NCBI GenBank assembly: GCA_963693365.1
Contig: CAVNZM010000015.1
Location: 1,736,001 to 1,800,000, forward strand
Direction of reading: 5' to 3'
Origin: Amoebidium appalachense
Lineage: Eukaryota > Protista > Ichthyosporea
DNA length: 64,000 nucleotides
Shown piece by piece: positions 1 through 11,430 of this stretch. The notes under the pieces are model-generated. The model saw only the letters and a list, made by a program, of their open reading frames with translations, was not told where the DNA came from and ran no database searches. A program made the position numbers and the translations under genes. Each line of letters begins with the position of its first letter. Positions within the stretch are counted from its first letter, which is position 1.

Positions 1-356
1 CCACACCCCATCATCCACCCATACCCACCGTAAATATTATACACAACACCTAGGACTTCCCAATACTGTAGATCGACCAATGAGAGCCCTCGGTTAACGT
101 TTATTGCTAGGTTTTTGAATGGAGGGGAGGACTGGAGCCTCCTGCCGGCGTGGCTGGGGTAGTAGCCCTGGGCAAAGTGTGTACTTATAGTTAGGTTGTG
201 AAGGATGGTTTAGCTTAGCTGAACTCATAGATAGCACCTTAACTAGTGTACTGTCGGTGCTGTGTGGTAGACGGTAGTTTCCCTAGAGGGCCTGAAAAGG
301 CCTCCGGGAACAAAACGTGATAAAATAAAAAAAAATAAATAAAAAAAAAAAAAAAA
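1..356 (+). mobile_element. Probable 3' end of a retroposed element with A-rich tail
   Basis: Unique sequence ends in a hairpin (gtttccc...gggaac around ggcctgaaaaggcc, ~277-311), followed by an A-rich tail at ~321-356 that abuts the truncated RT region at 361. No ORF is visible, so the identity is inferred. Confidence 0.4.
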
Positions 357-360
357 TTTA

Positions 361-2136
361 TGCCTATTCGTGTTATACTCACAGCCTGTTACTCCATACT
401 ATATCCATTACTTCTGGCTCTCCGCACGTTGTCTTCATCGACCTTAAGAACGCCTACGACACCGTACAGTACCCACTGGTTTGTTATGGCATAAGCTGGC
501 TATGCGGGGCTTACTAACAGCCCCCTTTGGCCGTCTTCTGCAAGCGCTGTTTGATACCACTCGCGGACGAGCGGCGGTCAATGGAACATTAACACCCGGT
601 TTTTCCCGCTCTTGGGGTCTTCTGCAGGGGTCCCTCCTGAGTCCGTTGTTGTTTGACGTTTTCATTGACGATTTAGCGTGCGCCCTCGAACCCTTTGGCC
701 AACTGCATACCCGCTGTGTAACGGGTCTCCTTTTTGCGGACGATATTGTTCTTTGTTCCTTAACCGAAGATGTCATGCACCAGATGCTTCGTCAGTTGGA
801 TCAATGGTGAACCGAGAATCTCATGACAGTCGGAATTGCAAAGTGTGCTACTTTTTCGAAAATGCTTCCTTTCGATTGGCCGGTCTTCCTATTCCTGTTC
901 AGTGCACCTATGACCATTTGGGTATTCCTTTTACTGCACGGGGTATTGATTTCCGCAAGCTCCTCCGAGTCACGGCACGGATCGCTCGTGCGAAGGGTAA
1001 GCTTCACATCGTGTCAAATATGTTTCAACGGGAGTCTGTGATCCATCCTGCGAACCTTCTTCTCTAGTATAAACCTTTTTTACGGCCGGCTTTCGAATAT
1101 GGACCTCCGCTCATTGGCCTGCGCCCCACCTCGCGAGGCGGCCCGGCCGTGGCGCTGAAAGAGTTCGACGATTTTCAGGGTACTGCGCTGCGCACTTTGT
1201 TTCGTACTCGGTTTGTGCCTCTTTTAATCAGTATGTTTGGATTGTCGTCTGCTGTTTGTCGTATGGAGGAATTGTCGAAGTTCGTTTTTGTTTTCATTTA
1301 GTTAGGATACCTGATGGTCACCCTCTTTATGCTTTCTTTCCCCCCCTCCCTCCATCCGTCTTCCTCCCCGATTCACCAACGCTACTTCAGAATGTCCTCA
1401 GCCTACCCTCTTTCAACCTGATTCTTCCTCTCGCTATCTCACTCCCTCTTTCTTTTCTCTTCCTGTTTTTTCTGCCTTTTCGCGTTATTACCATACGCAG
1501 TATAAGTTTCTTTCTCATTCTGATAGAGAAATCAAAGGTAAAACTCAGTCGGCATGTGTTATGTTCATTAGGCAACACCGTACTGATCATTATCGCTTTT
1601 AGATAGAGAAATCAAAGGTAAATCTCAGTCGGCATGTGTTATGTTCCTTAGGCAACACCGTACTGATCATTATCGCTTTTTGGGAGCTTTGGCAGGATAT
1701 ATTTCTCCTGCTGTACGTATGGATACCACCCTAGTAGATAAGTCTGTATGGTGCTCTGATGTTGATATTGCCTGGGAAGTTGTGCAGTGGCGTTGTAATT
1801 TTTGTTTTCATCGCCGCTGGTGCCACTTTTGTGCTGAACTTTTTAATAGCAAGCATGACGTTGATAGGTGTGAGTTTTTATGTCGCGTTTTACCTCTTTC
1901 CCTACGGGTGTCTGCTACCAGTACTGGCTGGCAATGTGACCACTTTAGACTTTTTGTTGAATTCTGTTGGTCGTCACATTGAGTATTTATATGATTTTCA
2001 CACAGTGTTCAGGTATCTCAGTATGCACTTGTTACTGGATAACTCGTGAAGTTTTTATTGTCTTCTCAGTATGCCGTACATACTTGCATATCTTTCCGTG
2101 ACGGTCGAATAAATCCAGTCAAAAGAAAAAGAAAAA
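361..2136 (+). mobile_element. 5'-truncated, frameshifted non-LTR retrotransposon (LINE) remnant: RT domain, C-terminal Cys/His knuckle, A-rich 3' end
   Basis: Frame from 362 reads ...HVVFIDLKNAYDTV, then shifts to ORF 481-810 with GLLQGSLLSPLLFDVFIDDL and LLFADD (non-LTR RT motifs). YDHLGIPF follows in another frame, and WRCNFCFHRRWCHFCAELFNSKHDVDRC occurs in ORF 1641-1982. aataaa plus an A-rich end lies at 2108-2136. Confidence 0.85.
1522..1680 (+). repeat. ~80-bp tandem duplication inside the LINE remnant
   Basis: gatagagaaatcaaaggtaaa...ctgatcattatcgctttt occurs twice in tandem with 2 substitutions. Confidence 0.9.
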
Positions 2137-2659
2137 ATTTCCTGGGATCCCAGCGGTACACGCACTGCATACGACCCGCCCCCGGCCACATTACAAGGTT
2201 TTGGGGGATTCAGTGAAGCACCTTACTGACAGAGAACCGCTTGCTTCTATGATTACGGTAGCCTGCACTATATTTATTATGATCATGATTTTATGAAGTG
2301 AAGGTTTTTCTTCTTTATTATTTACAGTTAATTGAGGCAGCTACACTACATTCAAGTATTAACAACTACTTAGCAGAATTCCTAGTTTCTTCATGAACAG
2401 TGAGCGGCCTCTGTGACAATTATGTATCGGCTTTTATCTTTAGCGAATTAAGCCTGTGTTGGCTTTAAAAGCGGCACCGTGGCTTGGCCCAGCTCGCCTT
2501 GAAAATGGCCTTCTGATCATTGGTAGAGCATCTTCAGCGGGGCCTCAGCGCACCGATTTGATTGGATGGGTCATTCGGCCGTCCTCAGTGGGCAGTCAAT
2601 TAGCGGGAGCTCAGCGCAGCCACGCCATTGGCTGGTGCCCGATAGCCTCGAACTTTGTG

Positions 2660-4015
2660 ATGCCAAAAGCAATCCGATTTCATAGGAAACACGGCGTAAT
2701 CCGATCGGTGTGCTTCAATCAATCTGCCGGGTACGAAGATCAGATGGACGGATGGACAAGCACGTGCTTGGGCCTCGGTTTTCCACCCAAAGGCCTGGGA
2801 GGGGATGTCGTGGCTAACGAGCTGGTAGTTGCCAGTGCGGCGCTGCCTTCCGGCAGCTCCTTCTAGCAGTCAGGTAGGCTCGTTTACATGGCAGCCCAAC
2901 TTTCAAACACTGGCATTTGTGTACCTAGACCGGACTGCTTTCGAATTCGCGCGCACAAAGTCACGCCAGTGCGGCGCTGTCTTCCGGCAGCTCCTTGTAG
3001 CAATCATTTTGGGGCGTTGATCATTTCGGGGCGTTGCCAGGCTCACTCGCGGGCCGAGCAAAGCGAGGCCCGCGAGTGAGCCCCGTTTGGTTCGCTACGC
3101 TCACCAGAAGCTGGACACATTCCAAGACCTAATTATTTAAAGATATCCATTCCCCAATTATGTACCGGGTCAGCTTTCAAGTTAGACGCGCACTACAAAG
3201 AATAACACGATCGCCATTTTCAATCTTCCGCCAACCGCGACGCTAATCTTGATCTGGAATCATAATATAGGGGGTTTTTGAAACTGAGAAGTCCATCGAA
3301 TTCTAGCGGAATTTTGCAGATTTCACACAATTTTCCTAAGAAAACAAGGTTTTGGGTATTAGGAAAGTTTGTAGGGGATGAAAAACCGCGCAACAATGAT
3401 TTAGACGATTGGGGATGTCACGATGCTTCCTTCATCCTCAAAATCAGCAAAAACCGTCCGACCTTGTCCCGGTTCGCCGGCCATTCAAGAGGGATGTACT
3501 ACTAGTAGGTATCTACACCGCCAGCCCCTGCACACCGGCCAAACAAGAACACGAACGTCATTTTAATTCTCCCTCCAACCGCGGCGCCAATCTCGCTCTA
3601 GTATCTTCTAGAGGATCCTTGAAACTGAGAAGTCCACCAGCTTCTAGCGCAATCTAGAGGAATCCAGAACTACCGAGTTTCTGAAGAATCTAGTAGCATC
3701 CAGAAACCTTCAAGTTGGACTTCCCGCAAGCAGATTCCAAGGCTCACAATAACACGACCGCCGCCAGCCACCTACGTCACTCGCGTGCGGACATTAAAAA
3801 TTTTAAGTCCCACAGGGCACAGACTCGCGGAACAGATCCAAAAGCAATCCGCCGGATTTTCATAGGAAACATAGTGTAATCCGATTGGTGTGCCTCAATC
3901 AATCTGCCGGGTACGAAGATCAGACGGACGGACGGACGGACAAGCACGTGCTCGGGGCCTCGGTTCCGCCCGGGGGCCTCGAGGGGGAGGTAGGGATCTC
4001 CGCTCAATCGCTCCG
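2660..4015. mobile_element. Cluster of non-autonomous repeats with Helentron/DINE-1-like hallmarks
   Basis: Dispersed duplicates at 2663-2785/3838-3968, 2831-2872/2965-3006 and ~3188-3312/3529-3657. (GGAC)n microsatellites at ~2745 and ~3925. Perfect 16-bp hairpin at 3040-3082 with gagcaaagcga loop, followed by ggttcgctacgctcacc. The family assignment is by recalled motif similarity only. Confidence 0.4.
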
Positions 4016-4371
4016 AGTCTACCTGACGCCCCTCCATGATTGAAAAGCACCATGGCCATAGGGCCAGATGGTACCACACACCAACTGATTTTTGGCTCAT
4101 GAGCCACACCGGTACCAATTATTGACTGTCTGACTGTCCAGCACAGTGTGCTCTCATGTGGTGCTTCTTGCTGCCTTCCATTTCGTAGGCTCCTGGGGGC
4201 AGGTCTGCCCAAACACTTGCACCCACATGTATGCTCCCACAGCCACGGTCGTGATATGATTTTGCTGTCGCAGAATTGAGACTCCATGCATATGCTGCAG
4301 GTGCATGGGTTCACTGCCACATCTGTCTTCCTTTCATGTTCGTTATTTTCAATCCGACAACGCGAAACATC

Positions 4372-4444
4372 GTCCTGGTAGCGTAGTAGGTAGCGCGTAG
4401 GTCTCATAATCCTAAGGTCGTGAGTTCGATCCTCACCCAGGGCA
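4372..4444 (+). tRNA. tRNA-Met (CAT), elongator-type
   Basis: Acceptor stem gtcctgg/ccagggc plus discriminator A; D-arm gcgtagtaggtagcgc; anticodon arm tagg t ctCATaa t ccta; T-arm gtgag ttcgatc ctcac. A T-run directly downstream is a Pol III terminator. Confidence 0.96.
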
Positions 4445-5434
4445 TCATTTTTTTTCCTCTTTTTTTTGGGGGGGGGGGTGCTGGGGTGGTTGGGTGAAGT
4501 TGCGTGATTGTGCAGCATGTGTGCGTGCCTGTGTGAACACACATAAGAACCATGTAACAGTGCGCGTGGAAGCACACCGTTATGTTCCTGATTGTGCCCG
4601 GCGGAAGGTAAGATGACAACATGGGCTGACTGACTGAAATGTGTCCAGTGTAGTAGTTGCCGAGAGCAACGGTGGGCCAGCCTCCAGCTGCAAACTTTCC
4701 GCAACTTGCCACGGTATGCATACCCTAGCCACTCATTTGGCTCAACTCTACCTTTACAATGCATCAAGAATTTTTCTTTTCACCACCAATTATAACTCTA
4801 CCCATGCCCTTTTCCCTGGACGTGATCACCCCATCGTCTGCTTTGCAGCACGGTGGCGGCACAAACAGGGCCCTTCTTGACACAGGCGGCCCATGACCAT
4901 CTTGTATATGGTGTCATACATAAGTCACACAGCACCGCCTCCCTGTCAGCACACAGTGCTGTACATGTATTGAGCGCCCAGTCCCAGTATACTCCGCTTT
5001 ATATAAAGTTGGCGTGGGTGCATGCATCTAATGGCGTGTGTTGAAGGTAGAAACAACGGAGACAAACCAGCCTATTTGGGAAGAGCAACTTTAGAAGACT
5101 AAAGGTTTAATGGGTTTATTCGTACATCAAGTTCACGCTTCTTGAGAAATTTTAACATGGAATAGAAGTGTGATTGTGGAACCTTTCCGCCCGTTGTGGC
5201 CACGAGGAAGAAGGCTGTATCGATAGGGAGCCTCCAAAGATGTATAGACGAGAGAGCTCTGTAGGGTGGGTGGTGCATTTGAGAGTGTGCAGGCTTGTGG
5301 GTGACGGGGTTGTACAAGCTGGACGGTGTGCTGGGGATAGGACCTGCCCCGGAGATGTTCAAACTTGCTGTAGGGAGATCTGAGAGAGAAAAAAAGAGGA
5401 AGAAGGGAGGGGCAGGTGGGAGGGGGAGGGGGAG

Positions 5435-5470
<36 letters not shown>

Positions 5471-5491
5471 GGGGGGGGGGGGGGGGGGGGG

Positions 5492-5575
<84 letters not shown>

Positions 5576-6499
5576 CCGGATCTGAGAGAGCCTGGGCATT
5601 CCGGGCCTTCGGAGGAGTCTGGGCAGCCGGCTGCCTTGGGAAACTTCTTGGGTAGCTCTGAGAGATGATTGGGGGAGCGAGCACCACCTCGAAGAATGTT
5701 CGGTCGGATGGCATTATGCTTTGAACCGGTTCAGACCAACATGATGAACCGTCCGAAACTGTCTCATACTTTTGCCCGAAGTGTGGAAGGGTGCTTGTCC
5801 AAAGTTCTCTCTAACAAATTTGCGCTTTCGTTGTGTTTTAAGTGCTTTAACTTAACTGTTAAGATATGTAAGCAAAATAGTACGTGATACACGTTCAATT
5901 ACAAAAAAACTTGCATTGTCATTCCCACCATGCATTCATTCGGGCTGAAATTCCTCCGAATCGAAAGTCTCTGGTTTGACCCGACCACATCAGTGACATC
6001 ACCATCTGAAAACTGCACACACCCCACAATAAAAGGCTATAGCTTCGTAGGCCACAGCTCAAAGTGTCAAAGCTTCCGGCATGCGTATGGAAATGATATA
6101 AGCTGCCTTGTTCTTGCATTTTTCTTTTTCTGGAAAGAAATCATAAGAATAATGTATGTTAGGAGCTGTGTCAAAACTTGCATGCACGCACATACTTATA
6201 AACTGCATCCATGGGTAGCAAGGATAGAGAGGTTGGTAGCTAGCCTGGTGCAAGGAAACTGAAGGGCACCAAGTAAAATCCTTGAGGAATCGCTGCTGAA
6301 CTTTCCTGTTTTCACCCTGCTTGGAGATTCCGCTTGTTAGACCAACCATATTCAGCTTTCTTGAGGGCCAAGCTTTACTTCTTGTGCTCGTTTCTTAACT
6401 TCATGTTGCTTTGACCCATTCTTAGGTCTACTTCACACCCGCTAAGGATCTTTGGAGAATTCCGTCTTCTTTTTGCAAATGTGCCCTTGAAACACAAGG

Positions 6500-7601
6500 A
6501 TGGAAGGCACATATTCTCTAACGCAGAGCGAGATCTCTCTGCTCAACCAAGCAGACGAGGTCATAAGCATCTGCCTTAGCATAAGCCACGACTACGGCTA
6601 CACGCACATCACCCTCCCGCTTGACAAGCAAGAGTCCTACCCCACGAGTGCTTATTCCGTTCGTCTCAACCTCAGGCCCCAATACTCCGCCCATTGGGCT
6701 CCCAGCGTGCGCGAACTCATTCAGAACTGCTATGACCAGTGCATTGCTCTGAGCGCTTCTGGAAGCCATGTTCGGACACAATACGTGGCCCACAACAACG
6801 GAGCAAGCTCGTGGCTGTTCTTTTCCATTCCAGCAGCACAACCAAGCAGCCAAAGTGTCACCTTTCTAGGCATTCTTCACATTAGCATACCGTTTCCGCA
6901 CCCCCATACGCGTGGCCCAGCATCAGACTTCTTCTTCATCAACTTTGGCACGCAAACAACAACCGCCATTTTGGACATCGGACAATCTAACAAAGACAAG
7001 GATGGACGCTTGGCGGGTCATTTCGGCGAGGGCTTAAAGGTGCAGCTAAACCAGCTCGTAGCAAACGGGTCGACGGTAGTCATGCGGACTGGATCCCAAA
7101 TTTGGTCGTTTGATCACCGCAAAAACGCCGTGACACCCCGAAACGTTAGCGACGACACCACGGGCGTACTTCACTTGCACGTCACCCCCTACCCGCAAAA
7201 CGCCTGGCACGACGTTTTCGTCGAGTGTGTAGGTGCACTCCCTCTCAAGAACTTCGATCCGACCCATTTCCTGTTCCTTCCCATGACCCGCCTATTCGAC
7301 CCCCAACCACCCCGTTACGCCTCCCCCGTGCAGTCAGACGTGAATTTTCCTTCTGGCCTCGAGATCCTCGTGCAACCTCAGCACGCATCCCGCATCTACT
7401 TCCACGGAATCTTCGTGTGCATTGAGCCGGCGCTGGGCCATCTGGGCCTGAACTACGTGGGGTCAGCGCAGGCGTATGGGGCGTTTGGTTTTGGGCGCGA
7501 CAGAAACTACGCCAACGCCACGAGACTCATTTCCCTAGTGTCCAGTGTGTTCTATTCCGTCATGAAGTCGGACCCCTCTGGAGCCAGCGCAGGTAAATGA
7601 G

Positions 7602-7658
<57 letters not shown>

Positions 7659-7831
7659 ACCCCCTCCCTTCCCTTCCCCTCCCCCTCCCCCCCCCTTGCC
7701 CCCCCACACACATACAACCAGCCATGATCACCATTACCACCACTACCACACAAATATACACTTAAACACACAAGCAAACGGACATGCCATTATCCCCGCC
7801 CCCACCACTATCCACCACAACCTTTCACAAG

Positions 7832-7863
<32 letters not shown>

Positions 7864-9714
7864 TACAACCGTGGACCCTTACCACCTCCGACCTACTTTC
7901 CTGTTAAGACTAGCGCACACAATGTTTTGCATGCATCCCCTAACCTTTCTGGAAAAGAGTGCCCTGATCAACCCGTTTAAGCCCTTGCTCTCCCCCCTCC
8001 CCCCCCTTGGTTCCACACACACATACAACCAGCCATTGCCACCATTACCACCACCACCACACAAATACACTTCAACACACAAGCAAACAGACGTCCCATT
8101 ACCCCCACCCCCACCACTATCCACCACAACCTTTTACAAGGAGCGGCCCCCCCTCCCTCTCCCCCCCCCCCAACAACCCGAGGGTTTTTACCACCTCCGT
8201 CCTACTTTCTTGTTCAAGACTAGCGCACACACTGTTTTGCATGCATCCCTTAACCTTTCTTAAAAAGAGTGCCCTGATCAAACCCGTTTAAGTCCTTGCT
8301 CTCCCCCCCTCCCCCCCATACATACACATTTTCCGCTGCACTGCATTAGTTTGCACACACATCTTCACCGTTTTGCTCACCTTGCTTGCATAAGCAACCC
8401 TGCTCGTCATTGATCAAGACGGGTTGACCCTCCCAAGTTCAGTTGCTGCTGCTGGCTGAGTTGGAGAGTCGTATATGCGCGGGCTAAGGGGTCGAAACTC
8501 AGACGCAATTGATGACTTGGGCCCTCCCTGAGGATGGGCTCTGCTTATGACGCATACTGTGCGCATGGATGATGTTGCATACTTGAATGTTTGCCTTTGC
8601 ATGTGTCCTGCACCATGCTTCTCATCGTGTATGCGTACTTCGTACCGTGTTCCGCATTCAAACCCCCCCAGTTTTTTTTCAGAGGTGTCCTTTCAGGACA
8701 GACCACTGTGTGGAGACCGCTTTACTTCCATGCAACCGGGCATGGTTGCTCTGTGTCGTGCATCTGTAAGCACATACACATTTTCCGCTGCACTGCATTA
8801 GTTTGCACACACATCTTCACCGTTTTGCTCACCTTGCTTGCATAAGCAACCCTGCTCGTCTTTGATCAAGACGGGTTGACCCTCCCAAGTTCAGTTGATG
8901 CTGCTGGCTGAGTTGGAGAGTCGTATATGCGCGGGCTAAGGGGTCGAAACTCAGACGCAATTGATGACTTGGGCCCTCCCTGAGGATGGGCTCTGCTTAT
9001 GACGCATACTGTGCGCATGGATGATGTTGCATACTTGAATGTTTGCCTTTGCATGTGTCCTGCACCATGCTTCTCATCGTGTATGCGTACTTCGTACCGT
9101 GTTCCGCATTCAAACCCCCCCCAACCCCCCCCCCCCCTTTCCCTTGCCTCGAGTCTCAATCTATCCAAATCTCCCCCCCCCCCCCCCCCCCCCCCCCCCT
9201 TCCCCTCCCCTCAAATCCACCCACCACATCTCTCCTCTCCACCTGTGTAGTAACACCTGCCTACTCCACCCCCTCCCTCACACGACATACCCCCACCCAC
9301 TCACAGCACCCCTGGCCGACCTCCTCTGGAACGAGATCGAATTCTCCCCCTTCACCACCCAGCAACAAGACCCCAACCAACCCAGACCCATGAAATTTCC
9401 AGCTGATTCAGTGCGCCTAATGGACTATCTGGGCGCCCCCATGTATGCTTGGCTCTCGGGGGAGGCATTCCCCCTTGATGAGGAGGCCATGCAGTCTCTG
9501 TATTCCCGCTGGATGCCTGTGTTTGCCGACGCCATGCTGCGAAGTTTCTTTGCCCGGTGGGGTGCGGACGCCATCCCCGTCAAGCACGGTCAACTGGCAA
9601 AACTGCAGGTGCGGTAGACGGCGAGTCGTGTGTTGGCTGTTCACAATGTGTTGATTGTTGTTGCTTTTGCGATGTGATGTGGTTGGTGCAACTGTTGTTT
9701 ATGCTATGGTAGCA

Positions 9715-9745
<31 letters not shown>

Positions 9746-10180
9746 TTCCTCCTTCCCCCCTCCCCCTCCCCCTCTCGCCTCCCAATCGAAACACACACCT
9801 ACTCACCCCACCCTTCCTCTTCCTTTTCCACCCCTCCGTCCCCTCCCCCCCCCCCCCCCCCCCCTCCCCCCCCCCCCCAGGTCCCCTATGAGAGAATTAT
9901 GAAGAAAAGAATGATTAAAAAAGGGAAAAGGGAGGGGAAGCAAGTGAAGAAAGGCAGAAAGAAATCATTCTAACTGCAAACTGAATAACAATACATAAGA
10001 CAGCCTTCTCTCTCTCTCTTTCTCTCTCTCTTCCCCCCTCCCCCCCCCCCCCCCCCCCCCTCAACCCACCCACCCATCCCTGCTGCTTCCCGGCAAACAC
10101 CATAAGGAAGCTCTTTTGGTCACTTATTTAGATCCAAAACTGACGTTTCACTTGAACATTTTCACACGCGCACACATATG

Positions 10181-10260
<80 letters not shown>

Positions 10261-11369
10261 GGGACGCCGACGCGCTCGAAGTGCGGCTCATCCCCGTCAC
10301 CCGCACAATGATGCGCATCCTTAAGCATTCCAAATACCTCCCCACGACCGAAACCCTCTGGAAGACAAAAGAAGCACAACTTCTCTCCATCCCCCCCTAC
10401 ATCTTCACCTCCGCCGACGAGTTCAACTTTGCCTCCGATCTGGTCGGAATTATGTCTCGTGTCTTTGACATCCACCCAGACAAGTTCGCATTCAAAGCTA
10501 TAGACCCCAAGCCCACGAATCCGCGTGCACGGGTGCTTTACGCGTGCGGAGGGGGCTTCATCCTGGACATGCACGAGCTCGACATACACAGGGTGCACGC
10601 GCGCCTCGCCACCCTAGGGGATCCCGCCAATCGGATCGTGTGTACCGGCAATTGCAATTTCGCTTGCATTAGGGATGCGGTGGCGCGGGACATGATCGAG
10701 GTGCTGTGCCGCGGAGACGAGCAGGAGAGGCTGAGGCTGGTGTGGCAGCTCAACGACAGGCTGCTACACACTGTATGTTCCAAACCCCCCCCCCCCCCCC
10801 CCATTCAACCTCCCCCTCCCCCTCTCTGCCCTCACCCCCTCCTCCCCCCCCCCCCCCCCCCCCCCCCCAACCCACCCACCCACTCCACCCCGCCCAATCC
10901 CATTTAACTCCCTTTTGGGTGGGTGTTTGTGTGTTGGGAAGGGGATGGTCCTTTAGGCGGATAAAGGATGATGAGAGGTGAGAAAGAGGGAGGGGGGAGG
11001 GGAGGCTGTTTTGGGGGAGAGGGGTTAGGGGGGGGAGGCAAGCCTTGGAGGGAGCTACAAGTGTGTGCGGTGGGCGTGTGGGTGTTGTGGTTCACGGGGA
11101 AGAAGTTTTGGGGGGGAGGGGGTGGGGGGGGGGGGGGGGGGGGATTCCTGTGAGTAACAAAGCCCCCCCCCACCCCGCCCCGCCCCCTTCATTTTAAGTG
11201 CATATCGATCCAGACAAAAAAGGGAAGTGTTTTTCGCATATGTAGACAAATCCCTTTTTCCGGCCCAGTTGCCCTCCCCGCGACTTCCTCCTCAGCGTCT
11301 TCCAAGTTCGTGTTTGGTGCACTCCAATCGGCAAACCAACCCTTCCTTCCCCAAAATACACACACACCA

Positions 11370-11430
<61 letters not shown>

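Noticed and set aside
3040-3082. Parvovirus/AAV ITR resemblance
   Set aside because: It is only a single hairpin, with no T-shaped arms and no rep or capsid ORF nearby.
3895-4767. 290-aa minus-strand ORF
   Set aside because: It is antisense across the tRNA gene and repeats, with no protein-like motifs.
5099-5714. Minus-strand ORFs of 166 and 193 aa
   Set aside because: They run through (GA)n and poly(G). The unique parts show no motif I recognise and I found no convincing splice structure.
8900-9000. Hammerhead ribozyme in the multicopy element (cgaaac and ttgatga present)
   Set aside because: The core should be CUGANGA-stem II-GAAA. The motifs are in the wrong order and spacing on both strands.
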